DNA of 64,000 bases. It comes from Catajapyx aquilonaris (Eukaryota). The notes below the pieces were generated by a model that worked only from the letters and a program-made list of their open reading frames with translations, was not told the origin of the DNA and made no database searches. Made by a program: the position numbers and the translations under genes. The stretch spans positions 1-64,000 of the forward strand of contig KZ538146.1 of the NCBI GenBank assembly GCA_000934665.2, read 5' to 3'. This document shows, piece by piece, positions 1-12,892 of this stretch (the first letter of the stretch is position 1; each line of letters begins with the position of its first letter).

Positions 1-399
1 TATATATATATATATATATGTGAGGAAAGGTATTTATGTGTTAAATAACATGTCAATCCGGCCAATAAAACGAAGAAGTTGAGCGATGACAAACCACGGT
101 ATTATTTAACAAGGTAACTACGGTACTGTGTCCATTAATATTATTGTTTCCTCTTTTTTTCATGCTGCGGAGATGCTTTTTACGGGGTTAATTTTACCTC
201 CAATCAAAGCTGCTTTGACACATTACAGCTAACCCATTCCTTCCACCGCACAGTAAAAAAAAAACAGTTGCATAACCTATCAATAAATAGAAGGGCCAAT
301 TTGAAAATGCTGTATGTATTTATGCTGTGTCATAAGAGAGGGAGAGAAGCTACATAAAGTGAGTTAGGCCTATATAGGAAGAGTAAAATTGACAAAATA

Positions 400-866
400 T
401 AGGGGAGACCAGGGCACGGTGGTCGGTGGTCCACTTTTGCACATTTCAATTTTTCTTATAGGTCGTCCACAAAGAGGTGCACATTTGTCCATGGACCCCA
501 GAGGGAAGCAACTTACATGATGTTATATGAATCGTAGCTTCCATTGCAAATGACACTTTCCAAATTTCCAGCATTTATGCACAAAGGATGGCACTATTCA
601 ACAACATTTTTACATCAGGGCCATGCCCAGCATCTACGCCTGGCATGGCATTTAAACTCTGTGGGTTAGAAGTAATTTCCCTACCCTTCAAGATAGTATA
701 GCTTTCCTTTGACAGAGCAGGATCGCAGGCATCTCGAGGTGGCTGTCATGTTGGCAGGATGCACAAGAGTGACTTGTTTCACGAGGTACCAGATGAAGAT
801 GTTATTCCAGTTTATATACAATATTTTAAAAATAGAAAGGACCACTGTGTGTCCTGCTCTCCCCTA
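400..866. mobile_element. Non-autonomous TIR element (MITE)
   Basis: Imperfect inverted ends TAGGGGAGACCAGGGCACGGTGGTC (400-424) and GACCACTGTGTGTCCTGCTCTCCCCTA (840-866); no coding capacity. Confidence 0.6.
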
Positions 867-899
867 CAGTACATTGTGATCGGTCATTTGACTAATTTC

Positions 900-2431
900 T
901 TATGGTAATCGACCAATATGCTGCCTAATATGCCAAATCAGAGCGCAACATACCCCAATAGCTATTATTTGAGTTATTATCATTACAGTCATTGAAATCA
1001 TCACAGCTGTTAAATAAGTAGATTCTTCGTCAGGTGTTGACTTCACTGGCATATTTGGTTGCTTCACTTGGTTACCTTGCTGGTAAGTAACCACGCGGGG
1101 TTCCACTTCGCCTGGGGTCACTACTTGGACTTCGATAGTCTTTGGTAAGTCAAGGGACGGTCTATTACCAGCCCTGACCATTGGCAAATGAAATACAATG
1201 GAAAGTTCCCCGGAGCTCAGAGATGGAACCACTTGTGTTTCTTCTCCCATAGGGCTCTGAGTGGTGGATTGCGAATTGTTAGAGTTCAAGCAGTTTTCAG
1301 TCAAAAACGCAGCAAGATCTTTCTTATCTGAAGAATCACGGCACCAATTTGATACCAGAAAGTTTAAGTAGTAGGCCAACAAGTTGCTTCTGAGAGACGC
1401 CGTATGCACTACGTTCATCGGAAAGGCTTGGCAGTCGCATGGCAAAGTGTTGTTAACAATGCTGAAAAAAATTCTAGCACCTGTGTCCTGATCATTAATG
1501 TCAAGTGCACGTGACGACAAAACTCGCTCGAACACATTGTGCTTCAGTGTGAGGAAAGAAGACACTGCCATCTTACGGAATGACCCTGCTGATAATTGTG
1601 CAAAGTTGTTTCGCTCTAACGACACCTGACTGGCATTCACCTGCAGAGCTTCAGTATCCAACTGGCTAACGTCACTGCCCACCATGCTAAGAACCCTGGA
1701 TGTAATTTGCACACTTTCGGCCATCAAATGGTCCATGACACAATCGTCAAAGATCACCACCTTGGCCCTGATGCGGAGAGCACCACTGGGCATCACTTCT
1801 GGAAATTGGCATCGAAGAAACCGACACAAAGATGCACCACTCAAGGGCACATCCAACTGGCCAGATATGTAACAGTCGACAAAGGTCAGTAGTCGAAGAT
1901 GTGACAGGTTGTGAAAGACACCTTCTTCAACTTGAAGGAGTTTGACACGATGAAACTCGAGGCTGGAGGTGATCTGGTGGAAGCTGTTGCGGCCCACCAA
2001 CAGGTGTCCTATGGAAGAGAAGTGCCACGTGCGGACGCTCGGTGTCAAGTTACCATGAAGGATGACGACATCTACATTGGATACAGCCACGTGTCGCAAT
2101 GACGCTTCCTGAAGATGTGTCATCTGCACCAGTCCACAGTCGGTAATGCGAAGTTCACGAAGCTCGCTGGCCAGCCTCTCGATGCGGATGCTCTGTAGAT
2201 GATTCCAGCGGTTTCAGCATTTTTCCCGACACCGTTAGGTTAGGCAAAGAAGATATGTCATTGCGTACTCACATCATTCCGGTTACGACAAGAACAGTAA
2301 TAAGCATGGCGCGAAGAAGCCCTCTTGCAGATGGCTTCTAATTCCCGGCTTAAATCATCTTGCAGGCCGATGACCACTTGTAGGATAATTGACACCCATA
2401 TAATAAGAAACAGCCAGCACTGTGTCATCAT
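900..2431 (-). CDS. Leucine-rich-repeat type I membrane protein (~483 aa, 2 coding exons)
   Basis: Exon 1 (2431-2273) encodes MMTQCWLFLIIWVSIILQVVIG (signal peptide) plus a Cys cap (C...YCSC). An 80-nt GTGAGT...CTAAC...CAG phase-0 intron (2272-2193) follows. Exon 2 (2192-900) extends the 900..2129 ORF. It has LRR-like repeats (LRELRITDC, LSHLRLLTFVDC, VSLERNNF, LTLKHNVF), an LRRCT-like NNTLPCDC...WC...C, a Ser/Thr/Pro stalk, a TM helix (YLTAVMISMTVMIITQIIAIGVCCALIW) and a short tail. Confidence 0.85.
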
Positions 2432-4391
2432 GAAGCCTCATGATATGGCACTAGATGAAATGAATTCCTTTCTTCTCGGGAGGGTGCAACCCACTGGAGA
2501 TAAGGCGGGCTGAAGAATAACCAACTTGACGGTATTGTCTGACTAGGAGAAAGTGTTGGGTGTACTTCAGCACAGGAAAGGGTGCTGTGACGAGGAAACT
2601 AGAGTAGTTATAAAAATTCAACTTGTCATATTTTCACTCTGACAACAACCCCGCACCCCTATTTGTCACTTTACTTCCATAGAAATGTTTCAGCTGCGAA
2701 AGTGATTTATTATAAGTGACAGCATTAATTACACCAAGTATCAAATTAGGCACCTTGAAAAGCAACTGTTACAGCTGACCAACAAACTGTGAACAAAGTG
2801 TAGCACCTTTCTTTTTTTTTTCTTCCGCAAAAGGAAGCCGCACTTCCCGTTCCTAATCTAAAAACTAATTATAATTCGTCCTACAATCTGAGTCATCACG
2901 CTGACCACAACTCAGATAAGACTTATGGTGGTTCACTAACCTAGGCAACAAACGCATTTTCTCGTAACGATGGAATTTAGATCTATAGCACTATAAGAAA
3001 GAGGAAGTACTGCCATTGGCTGTGCAGATATTGAGCAACGCTGCGGTACAAGGGTGTGCGGAGATGATTGTGCACATAATTGGCAACGGTCATTGGCTTG
3101 CGTGGACAGACTTCTTACCTGCGTTGTAGGGTGTTTGGGAGCAAGAAAATGGTAGCGGTACATTAGCTGGCGATTGGTACATGTGGGATGCTCCAGAGCA
3201 AGCATCACCTGGCACTGGAATGAGCCTGAGTGTTAGGCCTCGACAAGATACACCGTGTCGATTATTTTCCGACACACTTGGAGCGAGAAGAAACGCATCG
3301 AGTCAGTCAGTTGTGTAATGTGTTGCTTGCATGAAGACTTGCTTGGGAAACCGAGCTGCAACCCGTTCGACAGGATATGACTTTGCTTGCTTGCTCAGCA
3401 AAAAAAAATATATATATGTAGGCACAAATATTTACTTTGGATTACAAGGGACGCAGGAGTAGCATTCATAATATTGGCATACCTTGAAGTTACTGATTTT
3501 TAATTCCACACAATGAATACCAACTGATTGGGCACAATAAATACCGCAAGAAAATTATTGAATATTTTTAATTATTATTCGTTGTGGCATAAATTTTTTT
3601 ACTTAAATACAGAACATTTTACAATGTTAATTCATAAAAATATCCCACACACAAGTCAGTGCAGTAGCGTGTAAAATGCAGTGCAGTGCGTAACTTACAA
3701 CCATCGATTTTACACAGGTTCTCACAAAAAGTACCGGATGATTCCTGACAACGAATGGGACACAGGTGGAAGGACACATGACAAAAATGTTTGGCAAGAG
3801 AGAGATAGTGGTTCTTCAGCGGAGTGGAAAAAGTACGCCCAGTCTCATCCTCACCGTGACCGAGAAAAATCACTTCTCAGCCTTGATCTACACGAAGAAT
3901 TTCATCCAGTTGGACTCTGACAAGAAGCTCAGTCTGTCTCATTGTCTTCGTCCAGTTTATTGCAGTAGGATTGAGCTGGAATTCGCTCATTTGAAGTTTT
4001 GACACTGGTGGTATTGCCTGTACAAAATGCATAAAAAATGGACAACTTATGAAATGTTGCAACACAATGAGACCAGACTTTGCAAAAATTTCACGTTATA
4101 TCCAAGGTTTTTGCATTAATTTTGCTCCAGAGAGAGCGAATTAATTGGTTCTGATAATGTGTTGGGTGGGGGCGAAGCGAAGTTCTTATACTATATCTTG
4201 CCAAAGTCTCCAAAATGATGCATATAATACCGAAACCGCCTGTTGCAACTATTGCTGAATTTAGTCGCTACGACCCTGCAACAATTTCGCAGATTTTCAA
4301 GGAGCTTGACTTTCTCTACAGATTCTTCAGTGTCTCATTCGCCCCAATGGACAGAAAAGGGTTAGTCACGTGATTTTTATTCGCTGCTGCC

Positions 4392-4465
4392 CATATATAT
4401 GTGTACAAGGTGCTGATTTGGATGTAAACAGTGCGAGGTGTGAGAGTGCCAACAACGGAATATAG
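4392..4465 (+). promoter_or_regulatory. Putative TATA-like box and non-coding first exon of CBM14 gene 1
   Basis: CATATATAT at ~4392-4400, then a strong donor AG|GTAAGT at 4465/4466, about 700 nt upstream of the ATG exon. Confidence 0.5.
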
Positions 4466-5159
4466 GTAAGTTCACTTCTCACAAGGAGAGAAAATACAGT
4501 TTAAGAATATGATCCGTATTTAAATGAACTAACTTGCTGTCGGGTAAGACGTTTTTCCAAGTTTCGATAATACTTCAGTTAAATTTCGAATTCAATTTTA
4601 AAAATTCACAATTTGATAGTTGTATGATCTAGGCTGAAATTTATTGCGATAACTACAATGCTGCAAAAAATTAATCGGCTTGTTATTAATTACCCTGTGT
4701 AGGCTATATTGTAAATATCCTTAATATAGAGCATATTTATAGCTTGATATTCCGTGCGTGGAAGTAATATTTTCACAGTACAATAATTAATTCAAACAAG
4801 AGAGTAAGCAGAAAATATTGGTTTTACAAATCCGACCAATGTGTACAAAAACAAGCATAAAAATTGTCGTGTGAAAGCATTTCAGAAATGCTTCCATCTC
4901 AGATGAAGACGAACAAATGGAGCGAAAGGCACGCTAATTTCACTTTACCTGCGCCATCACCAACCATGATGCGTTGAAAATTGGTGTGGCATTTACCCCC
5001 TTGCATCAGTATTGGGACACTTGTTTCCAGAAAGTGTTGATGGTATTAGTACAGTGGTAGTAGACGACCGATCAGCACCAATTTTTAAGATATAGTACAA
5101 GTCAAGTAGACACAATAGTGATTAATATTACTATTTTTTCAAAGCAGTTATCAGAAAGG

Positions 5160-5992
5160 ATGAGCAGATCAGCATTTTTACTTGGTAAGTAATTTAAATT
5201 TTTTATGAGACGCAGAAGCTATGTAAAACGTGCATTACTCTGATTGAGCCATTATTACTGATATTTTTGAACAGAAAGGAAGTAATATCCTAGTCCTAGA
5301 GCACCCTAATATTGTCCTCGTGGCTTAAAGGAAGAGCGTGGGCAAATAAGCCTGAGGTCCGGGTTCGAATCCTGGCGAGGACAAGGCCCTCCAAAATAAC
5401 CAAGTTCCTTCCTTCCTTCTGATCAAAATGAATAAGTTATTTTGTAGATGCACGTCACATAAATGTGCTGCAAGGTTCTAGTCAGGAGTCAGTTAACTGT
5501 TTGTCCATTCAATTTTCCAGCGTTACCTATTCTTTGCGTTGCGTTGGTCATCGCCACTCCGAAGTCAAGGGTAAGATTAATAAGAATTTTTGAACCCCAG
5601 AAGTAAAGTATATTCGGTAAGAAATATCTGATAAAAGTGAGACTCTATAATTTAGTTCTCTCAAAATAAGTTTTCTGTTACAAGAGAGAGATAACCTAAG
5701 CAGACATGAACAGCTTAGATAAATTACAAGGACATAACCACATCCACAGTAGTCTGAGGCATTTGATTTTAGTTTTGCAGTAGGCTGAGGTAATTGGGGG
5801 TTATGACCAGGGAAAATTACTACTTTGGCAGTTTATGGGTTTATAAATCGAGAAAAGATGCTTTATTGATGCAGAGTTTGTTACAACTTTCATATCCAGC
5901 GAGTGCTTATCACATGTTATTCCCTGATGAGAATCCTTACAATGTTACAATTACCAGTAAGCAATTTAAGGGACGAACATCCCATAATAAAA

Positions 5993-6064
<72 letters not shown>

Positions 6065-7021
6065 ACAGTTAAAAGAGTCAATACAAAGTAATCAGTAAAC
6101 TCGCCTGAAGAAGTGGTTAACCTTCATATCCAGGCGCATGAAATGTTGCCGCCTCATCAGGATAAGGTAAGCGTTGTTCACGCGTGAACGGTTAAAGCTG
6201 ACGTCTTCCTGTCTCGCAGGTGAAACGTCAGCAGTACCCGGAGGCGCAATTCACAGAGCACCATTACCAACACCATCACCCTCCGCAATACTACCAGCAC
6301 CATCATCCTTCACAGCACCAGCAACAGCATCAAGACCACCAACCGCAGCACCAGCATCACCAACAGCAGCATCATCAACCGCAGCATCACCAACAGCAGC
6401 AACAACCAGCACCCATGCATCAGCATCAGCCCCAGAAACCTCCCAAGAAGCAAACTCCAGCAGAAGCCTTAGGGCTGCCCAGCAATGCCACGGCCATTAG
6501 AGCCAATATTGTCAACACCTTTAGTTGCCAAGGTCGAATTTATGGGTACTATGCCGATGTGGACAACGATTGTCAAATCTTCCATGTCTGTTTGCCCATA
6601 ATGTTCCCAGACAAACATGAGGAGATGTTCAAGTGGAGTTTCATATGCCCTCAGAACACTATTTTTAATCAGGTATAGTCAGGTTTCATGTCTCAATAAT
6701 TCAGTTAGATCAGCCACTATCAGACCAATATTAATGAGGATATTAATTCAATGATTCTTGCAGGAAAGTTTTACCTGCGCCACAAAGGAGGATTCAATTC
6801 CGTGCCACAGAGCTCCCGACCTTTATAACCTCAACGAGAACTTCGGTGTGACCGCCATGCCTGACATCCACATGCACCAACAGCATCAGCAACATCAGCA
6901 GCATCAGCAGCATCAGCAGCATCAGCAGCATCAGCAGCATCAGCAACATCAGCAACACCAACAACATCAGCACGATTCACATCCTCATCATCACCATCAT
7001 CAGCGTTATGATAAGAAGTGA
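5160..7021 (+). CDS. Secreted His/Gln-rich chitin-binding protein with one CBM14 (peritrophin-A/ChtBD2) domain, CPAP1-like, ~261 aa
   Basis: Exons 5160-5184, 5521-5570, 6220-6672 and 6764-7021, all GT-AG and in frame. Product: MSRSAFLLALPILCVALVIA (signal), RVKR, a Q/H-rich region, CBM14 with spacing C-x14-C-x5-C-x18-C-x12-C-x8-C (FSCQGRIYGYYADVDNDCQIFHVC...ICPQNTIFNQESFTC...IPC), then (HQQ)10 and a His-rich tail. Confidence 0.93.
5314..5383 (+). mobile_element. tRNA-derived SINE head / tRNA-like cloverleaf
   Basis: A box TGGCTTAAAGG, B box GGTTCGAATCC, acceptor stem GTCCTCG/CGAGGAC. The anticodon loop is 6 nt (non-canonical). Confidence 0.6.
5995..6063. repeat. (TTA)n microsatellite
   Basis: Perfect TTA run; it produces the spurious poly-Leu ORF 5794..6072. 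Confidence 0.95.
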
Positions 7022-10000
7022 AACTTGTGATTGCAAGTGGTTATTGCGGCGGAAAAGTGCCAAATTATTCTGCTGCTCTTTGTCCTTTTGCTTTAACTTA
7101 TTGCCTTCAAACTGCGGCGTTTTCTTGAGCTTAACTCTATCACATGTTTTATATATTTAATACATATTCGTCGTATTTATTTATTTATGTATTTATTAAT
7201 TTATTCCATGAATGTTTGTGCATATGTGCAACATAACGAGTGGACGCAAATGGAGCTAATTATTATTTGTATATAAATGTAGTGAACTGATGTACTATAC
7301 ACACGTTTGATTAAAGCCAAATTGGGAATCCTAATTTAACAAACTAATAATTTTATTTCAAAATCGAGTTTTCAATGTCGACCATAAAGCAAAAAAAGTC
7401 ACATTAATTCTACCATATAATAATTGGGGTACAAAAAGCGGACACTCTCCCCATTTTTGGCAACTACAAGTCGTCTTTCGCTAGTAGAGAACCCTTGACA
7501 TTCAAAAGGTCATAAAGCTAAAGGTTCGGGTACTACAGGCAGAACAGCTGACTCCGTGACTAATTCACTAAGTAGGTAATATGTGAGGACGTCCTATGCT
7601 GAGAAATGTCAAGGATAGCTTGACTCTCATACTCTTATAGGGNNNNNGGGGGGGGGGAATTATTCAGCCCATGAAAAGTAAGAGTACGCCAAGTTTGAAG
7701 GGTTTTTATTACAAACAGTAGCAAGAAAGCAATTTCTTCAGAAGCACGAAGATCAAAATGTGTGACCTGCATTTCAGATTGGATGCATGCGAAGCGGCAT
7801 CGGCATAATCACGACTTGGTCCAACTCTCTTGTCATGTGCAACGCAGGCCCGAAGCGTGATCCTGGAATCACTCTACACGGATCTTGTACCTACACTACT
7901 TTCAATGCCACGCAATCACTTACGTCACCTGCCAAGTGTTGTCGAAACACAGTCGTAGGGAGTCCAAATAACATGTTAGTGTCACACTGTCCAGATGACA
8001 AGGCGCATGTTATCACTGTCAGAAGAGGCTAACAATCATGGTTTTTAAAATATTTTTTTTACCAAGGTTCACATTCTAGCTAGCAAATCGTGGGAAAGCT
8101 AGCGGAAGTGGCTGCTGCGGATGAATCCTTTTCAAAAAAAAAAAAAATTTTTCTTCTTCTTCTTCAGAGAGTTCGCACAGCTTGAGCCGACTAGAAAGGC
8201 AATTTGGCGATTTGGGCGACTGGTTCGTTACCTACAACGCTATTTCCTGATCACGATAAATATTCGGGGTAAAAGTGGGCATGACGCATGTGTCACTGCC
8301 AAAAAATGCTGATATTATATACTTTCCCACTCATTTCAAGCCTAGAGGGGTTTATTAATTATGCAACTTGCTCGAAGATATCCGGCGGTGGATTTAGTCG
8401 CGATTTATTTCCATCCAGGTCCAATTAGCGACTTTTGGGAGTGACACTCACGCACTCGCAATTAAATCGTATATATGTGAGCCAATCTGTCTGATAAAAT
8501 CGTATACGAAAACACGAAGTCAAGGTGACGCAATACCATAAGGGCTCCCAACGGACTTGTCAAGATTGAAGAAGTGCGGTACAACTCTGGTATATATCTG
8601 CGGAGAGAGAAAGTGAGATGAACTGATAATGACAACCGGGAGATGTTTTCGTGCCGAAAAGTTCCAACGCAATGTAGACATTACCAACCGGTCGAACTAT
8701 ACCCGCAACTTATCCACTTTAATGAGCGATTTATGCGCGGATTCTTGGGGGATATTACCAGGCTGGTGATTTATATCTTTTCGTCAATTTACTAAATTGC
8801 AGGTGGTTGGCATTCTTTTTTATGAAGAAAGGTAAGCTGGATAGTAGACAATTTAAGAAGAAAAAAATGTATGCATGCAATTTGGGGGATATTAATATGG
8901 AAATTAGGTTTAATAACTAGCGATGGATATAGATGTGGACGAATGTGGATGAGATGTGTAATATTATTCTGGTAACCTGGAAGCATTTCGTGAGCTTTCA
9001 CCAGGTAATTAGATTCTGATGACTCCCGGTAAGGTAAAGACTTTGACCTTAGAAGTCTGGAATAATTTGTTTGCATTTTCTCAAGGCAGAGTTAGTATTA
9101 CAGTGTGGGTGCTTTCTTTTCGACGTATGAAAACCTTTGTCCTAGAAAAAGAATCAAGGTCAAGTTGTTCAAGAAAGATTTGGGTTCCAAAGAAATTACT
9201 TTATTCGGAAATATATATCAGCAATTATCTTATGTACTAGCAGCTTTTATAGGAGATGGCGGCATAGCCACTGTGAAGGTCGAGATTTAAATTATTTCCA
9301 ACATTCTATCCACAATGAGAGTGAACTTTGAATAGTGCAAAAATAAGCTATGCTGTCACAGTAACCGATCATAAAAAATAATATATCAGCTCCAAAACAT
9401 GTATTCAGAATGACACTCACCATCAACTCTCTCAATTCTCTTCCATGGCCATTGCACTTATGTTCATGTTGTTTATGTTGTCTACTTTTTCTGTTATTTT
9501 GACAATTACACAAGTAAAAATGCTTGCGCTATAAATCAACCATCTAACAATCAGCCAAGTGTGTCAATAAAGTCAACAAAAAAAATCCTGATATTTGTTC
9601 AACCTCACATGATTCATAAGTCATTAGCAATATGACATTTTCTATTGTGTGTAATATCTATTACATCAAAAGTGCTGCGATCGACATGCATGAAAAATCT
9701 AGCATCATAAACATGCAAATTAGCGTTAGATTTGGAATAACAATAACACATAATTATGCTGGAAGAGGAGTTCCTCGAGTGACTTTGACGTTCTCTTTTC
9801 TGTGTTTGTGAAAGTACCCGGACCAACAGGTATGGCCACTCATCAATCTTGCTACAAGGCTCCCCATTTTGGCCGCACACTTCCCTTTCCACTCGAGTGG
9901 AAAAAATATCCCGCAAGCTGCTATCGACACAGGAAATCGCTTCCATAGCAATATAAAACAAGATGCAGGAAAAATTAAGGTTGGATTTTGAACCAGGAAA

Positions 10001-10267
10001 AAAAAACTGGCAATATTATTCCGTTCCAGACATAAATGATAGATGTTGATGATAAAACTCGAGTGATCCTAGGTAGATGAACTAATGTCGACACTTAAAC
10101 ATGCACTCGGAGAGGTGCGATATATTGTGCGATAGCTTTTGCATACAACACCTGAGGACTCGACGATAAGGTTATCAAGACACCAATCTTATGACGACCT
10201 TCACACGACACAGTATGCCACACGTTTCCTCCTTTCCACTTCTGCATTGTTGCAAAAACAGAACTGA

Positions 10268-11204
10268 CTAGGCCTCAGAATCCGGTTCCTGCGCCTCCCC
10301 AACATCAGCCTGGATTTCTTCCGGTGACCTGAGGTCAATCGCAAACTTCTTGGGCTTCTTGACCTCGTTGCCTTTGACCGCCCGGCTGAATTCCTGGAAG
10401 GCAGCAGCCAGGGCAAAGGTCAAACTACGAGCGCTGTGACGACTGTCGCACACAAAAGCATGGCACTGGAACGGATGTTGATCCAACAGGTTGCTGGCCT
10501 CCTTCACCATAATCACAGCGAAGACCCGTGTGTAGACCAGGTCCTGTACCCCATATGAGATAGTGTCGATACCATGTAGTCCACCTTCGAAGTTCGGGTT
10601 GTTGTTCTGGGGCATGGCAGATATGTCCATACCCTTGCTGGACACCTTCAGTTGCAAGAAGGGCAAAGTGGCCCCTGGTTTCAGCCCCCTGGCTGCCGCC
10701 ACCATTTCGTCCACCGGCTTCCGGGTATGCTTGATCCCCCACAGGCCCGGAGCGTCTCGTTTCCCAAGATACTTGACCACGAAGTTCTGGGGCAGTTGGA
10801 CCGATGGTACAGATGCCATGGTTGCCTCCGAGCCTCTACCACTCTCGGACTGCTGCCGATTGTCAGACGGCTGTGACCGCGCCCTTCCGTCGGGGTTATC
10901 CGGCTGCTCCGTCACGCCCGACGACGACCTAACATCCACAAGGACGCAAGGTTAACGTCACCCCTCCTATAGTATATCCGCAACAACAATGCCGCAAACA
11001 GAATAAAGCACAGGGAGGGTGGGCATTCGTTTTTCTATACGTCCCCTCAAGCATGGATCCTCTCTTTTTTTTTGGGGGGNGGGGGGGGGGGACAGTACAC
11101 TCGGCTCAAAAGTGCATGAAGATGTGAAAGGAGGATGTGAATACTTACCCGATGGTAGGTCCTGGGTCGTCTAAAGTTGAGCCAAAATCGTCCATCTCTT
11201 CCAT
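10268..11204 (-). CDS. PTB (phosphotyrosine-binding/PID) domain adaptor, insect-type LDLRAP1-like, ~238 aa
   Basis: Exon 11204-11149 (MEEMDDFGSTLDDPGPTI, donor GG|GTAAGT) splices in phase 2 to an acceptor at 10929 (TTAAC...TTAG|G) and exon 10928-10268. PTB motifs: FVVKYLGKRDAPGLWGIKHTRKPVDEM, ISYGVQDLVYTRVFAVI, FQCHAFVCDSRHSARSLTFALAAAFQEF. Confidence 0.9.
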
Positions 11205-11985
11205 GTTTTTAAATGGGAACTAATCTGAAGGCAACAATGATGGGTTAGCGATGTGGCCGCTATTGGGCTCATCTCGATTCTTCATGACAAGTTTGTAATT
11301 GAAATCGTGGCTGCACACGTGCATATTAGGTTAATTAAATATTGGCGAAAATGTGCTAGAGGCATGCCGGGTTTTTTTTTTGGTGAAAGGTGCTGGCTTG
11401 AACTTTGTTAATTATTTATGGTCAAATGTGGAGAGATTTTTAGCAACAATGTTCATGCTTTACGCACTGAGCTGTGAGGAAATAATTTTGCGGATGACGT
11501 GATATTTTGCAGGCATGATTTCTAACTATGGCCCACCTGATCCTGATGGTCTCCCGATGTGTTAGGTCCAGATAAATTGCATTTAAGATGGCCTGAAGAA
11601 GCACTGTTGCGTGACGGCTTGCTTGATCGTCACTGATATTTTTCGTCTCTGAACTTTGGAAGGTCTGCTATAGATATTAGTTTCCGCGACTACGTGATAA
11701 GGACTGGTGCTGTTATCTGCTTAGTCAACACTCAACAGGCCTGAAACGTGCAAAATAAATATAAGGTGTCATCCTGAGTGACGTACATACGTGATTTGAG
11801 AGGAAATGTTGCCAACTGACGGTGCATCTTCACTTCAGCCCGCAATATACCTCGGCACTAATATCACCTCTTCCAGTGGTTTAATTTATTGCCGTTTGAG
11901 TCACCAGTCATCTATTCTATACAGTCAAGATCTACAGTGAAAAATTATTCTTAACTGCAGTTTATTCAATCTTGCCTTGATAAAC

Positions 11986-12017
11986 TTTATTATTATTATA
12001 ATAATAATAATTATTAT

Positions 12018-12107
<90 letters not shown>

Positions 12108-12120
12108 TACTACTATTATT
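11986..12120. repeat. Compound (ATA)n/(ATT)n microsatellite
   Basis: Alternating ATA and ATT runs; source of the spurious poly-Ile ORF. Confidence 0.95.
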
Positions 12121-12172
12121 CGACAGTCTCATGCTTTGTGCAGAATGCTTCCATACATAAAATATCGTTCAC

Positions 12173-12304
12173 TATATCCTCCTGAGACCTGATGTCCAAT
12201 ATATTGGACATCAGCAAAAATAAAAAGGTGTCAACTGAAATTGACGCCAAAATTTTTTTTTGCTGATGTCCAATATATTGGACATCAGGTCTCAGGAGGA
12301 TATA
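12173..12304. mobile_element. Short palindromic MITE
   Basis: Arms of ~48 bp: TATATCCTCCTGAGACCTGATGTCCAATATATTGGACATCAGCAAAAA and its reverse complement. Each arm contains an internal palindrome. Confidence 0.75.
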
Positions 12305-12892
12305 AGTTACAATAGTTGTTAGAATGAAATTTTAAAATGCCATTTCTTTCAGATCTTACAAATTCCATGGAGTAGGCCCCTATACCAGTACAGAAAAGAT
12401 CCCGAAGATGACATATTGAAGAGATGTGGAACCCGCCAAAAAAATAAATGACTTCATTGGCTTTTACAATGAACAGTGTTACAGTTTTATTAGCGCATCT
12501 GAAGAAGTGGCAAACATCTATCTATAATTCTATATCATTAATACCCTACCTGTGATGGCGATTCCTTCCGCCGTGTACGGCCTACAGCATTGGAAGTGAA
12601 GTCAAAATTTATCCCGCGTGTCCTATATTTGCAATAAACTTTTTTTTGTTGGAAATAGTGTCCAGAAAATTTATAAAACGCAACAAAAACGCCGACCGCC
12701 TTAAAAAACCAACCACCACGGAATTCCCATAACGCCTTTCCGGCCGAGGGTGCTACCTCCGCACCGTCTTACTTCGGTATTTCGCCATCGGATGTCGGTG
12801 CCTCGTTCGCGTCTCTCTCTCCCTCTCCACTTTCGCAATTTTGCCAAATTTTTTGCCTTATTTTGACTAGTTGGTGCCTAGTTGGCACTTAA

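Noticed and set aside
3619..4100. Possible decayed piggyBac transposase C-terminus on the minus strand (CKIDGCKLRT...CTDLCVGYF)
   Set aside because: The resemblance is weak and fragmentary, and no TIRs were found. It needs a profile search.
5794..6072. Poly-Leu ORF (likewise the poly-Ile/Tyr ORFs at 11977, 42222 and 46819)
   Set aside because: These are translations of trinucleotide microsatellites.
6174..6500. Ala/Pro/Thr/Ser-rich ORF
   Set aside because: It is an alternative frame of the His/Gln exon.
8790..9290. Possible decayed LINE 3' end on the minus strand
   Set aside because: There is only vague motif similarity, not enough to call.
10425..10955. ORFs overlapping the PTB exon
   Set aside because: These are shadow or antisense frames of a GC-rich real exon.
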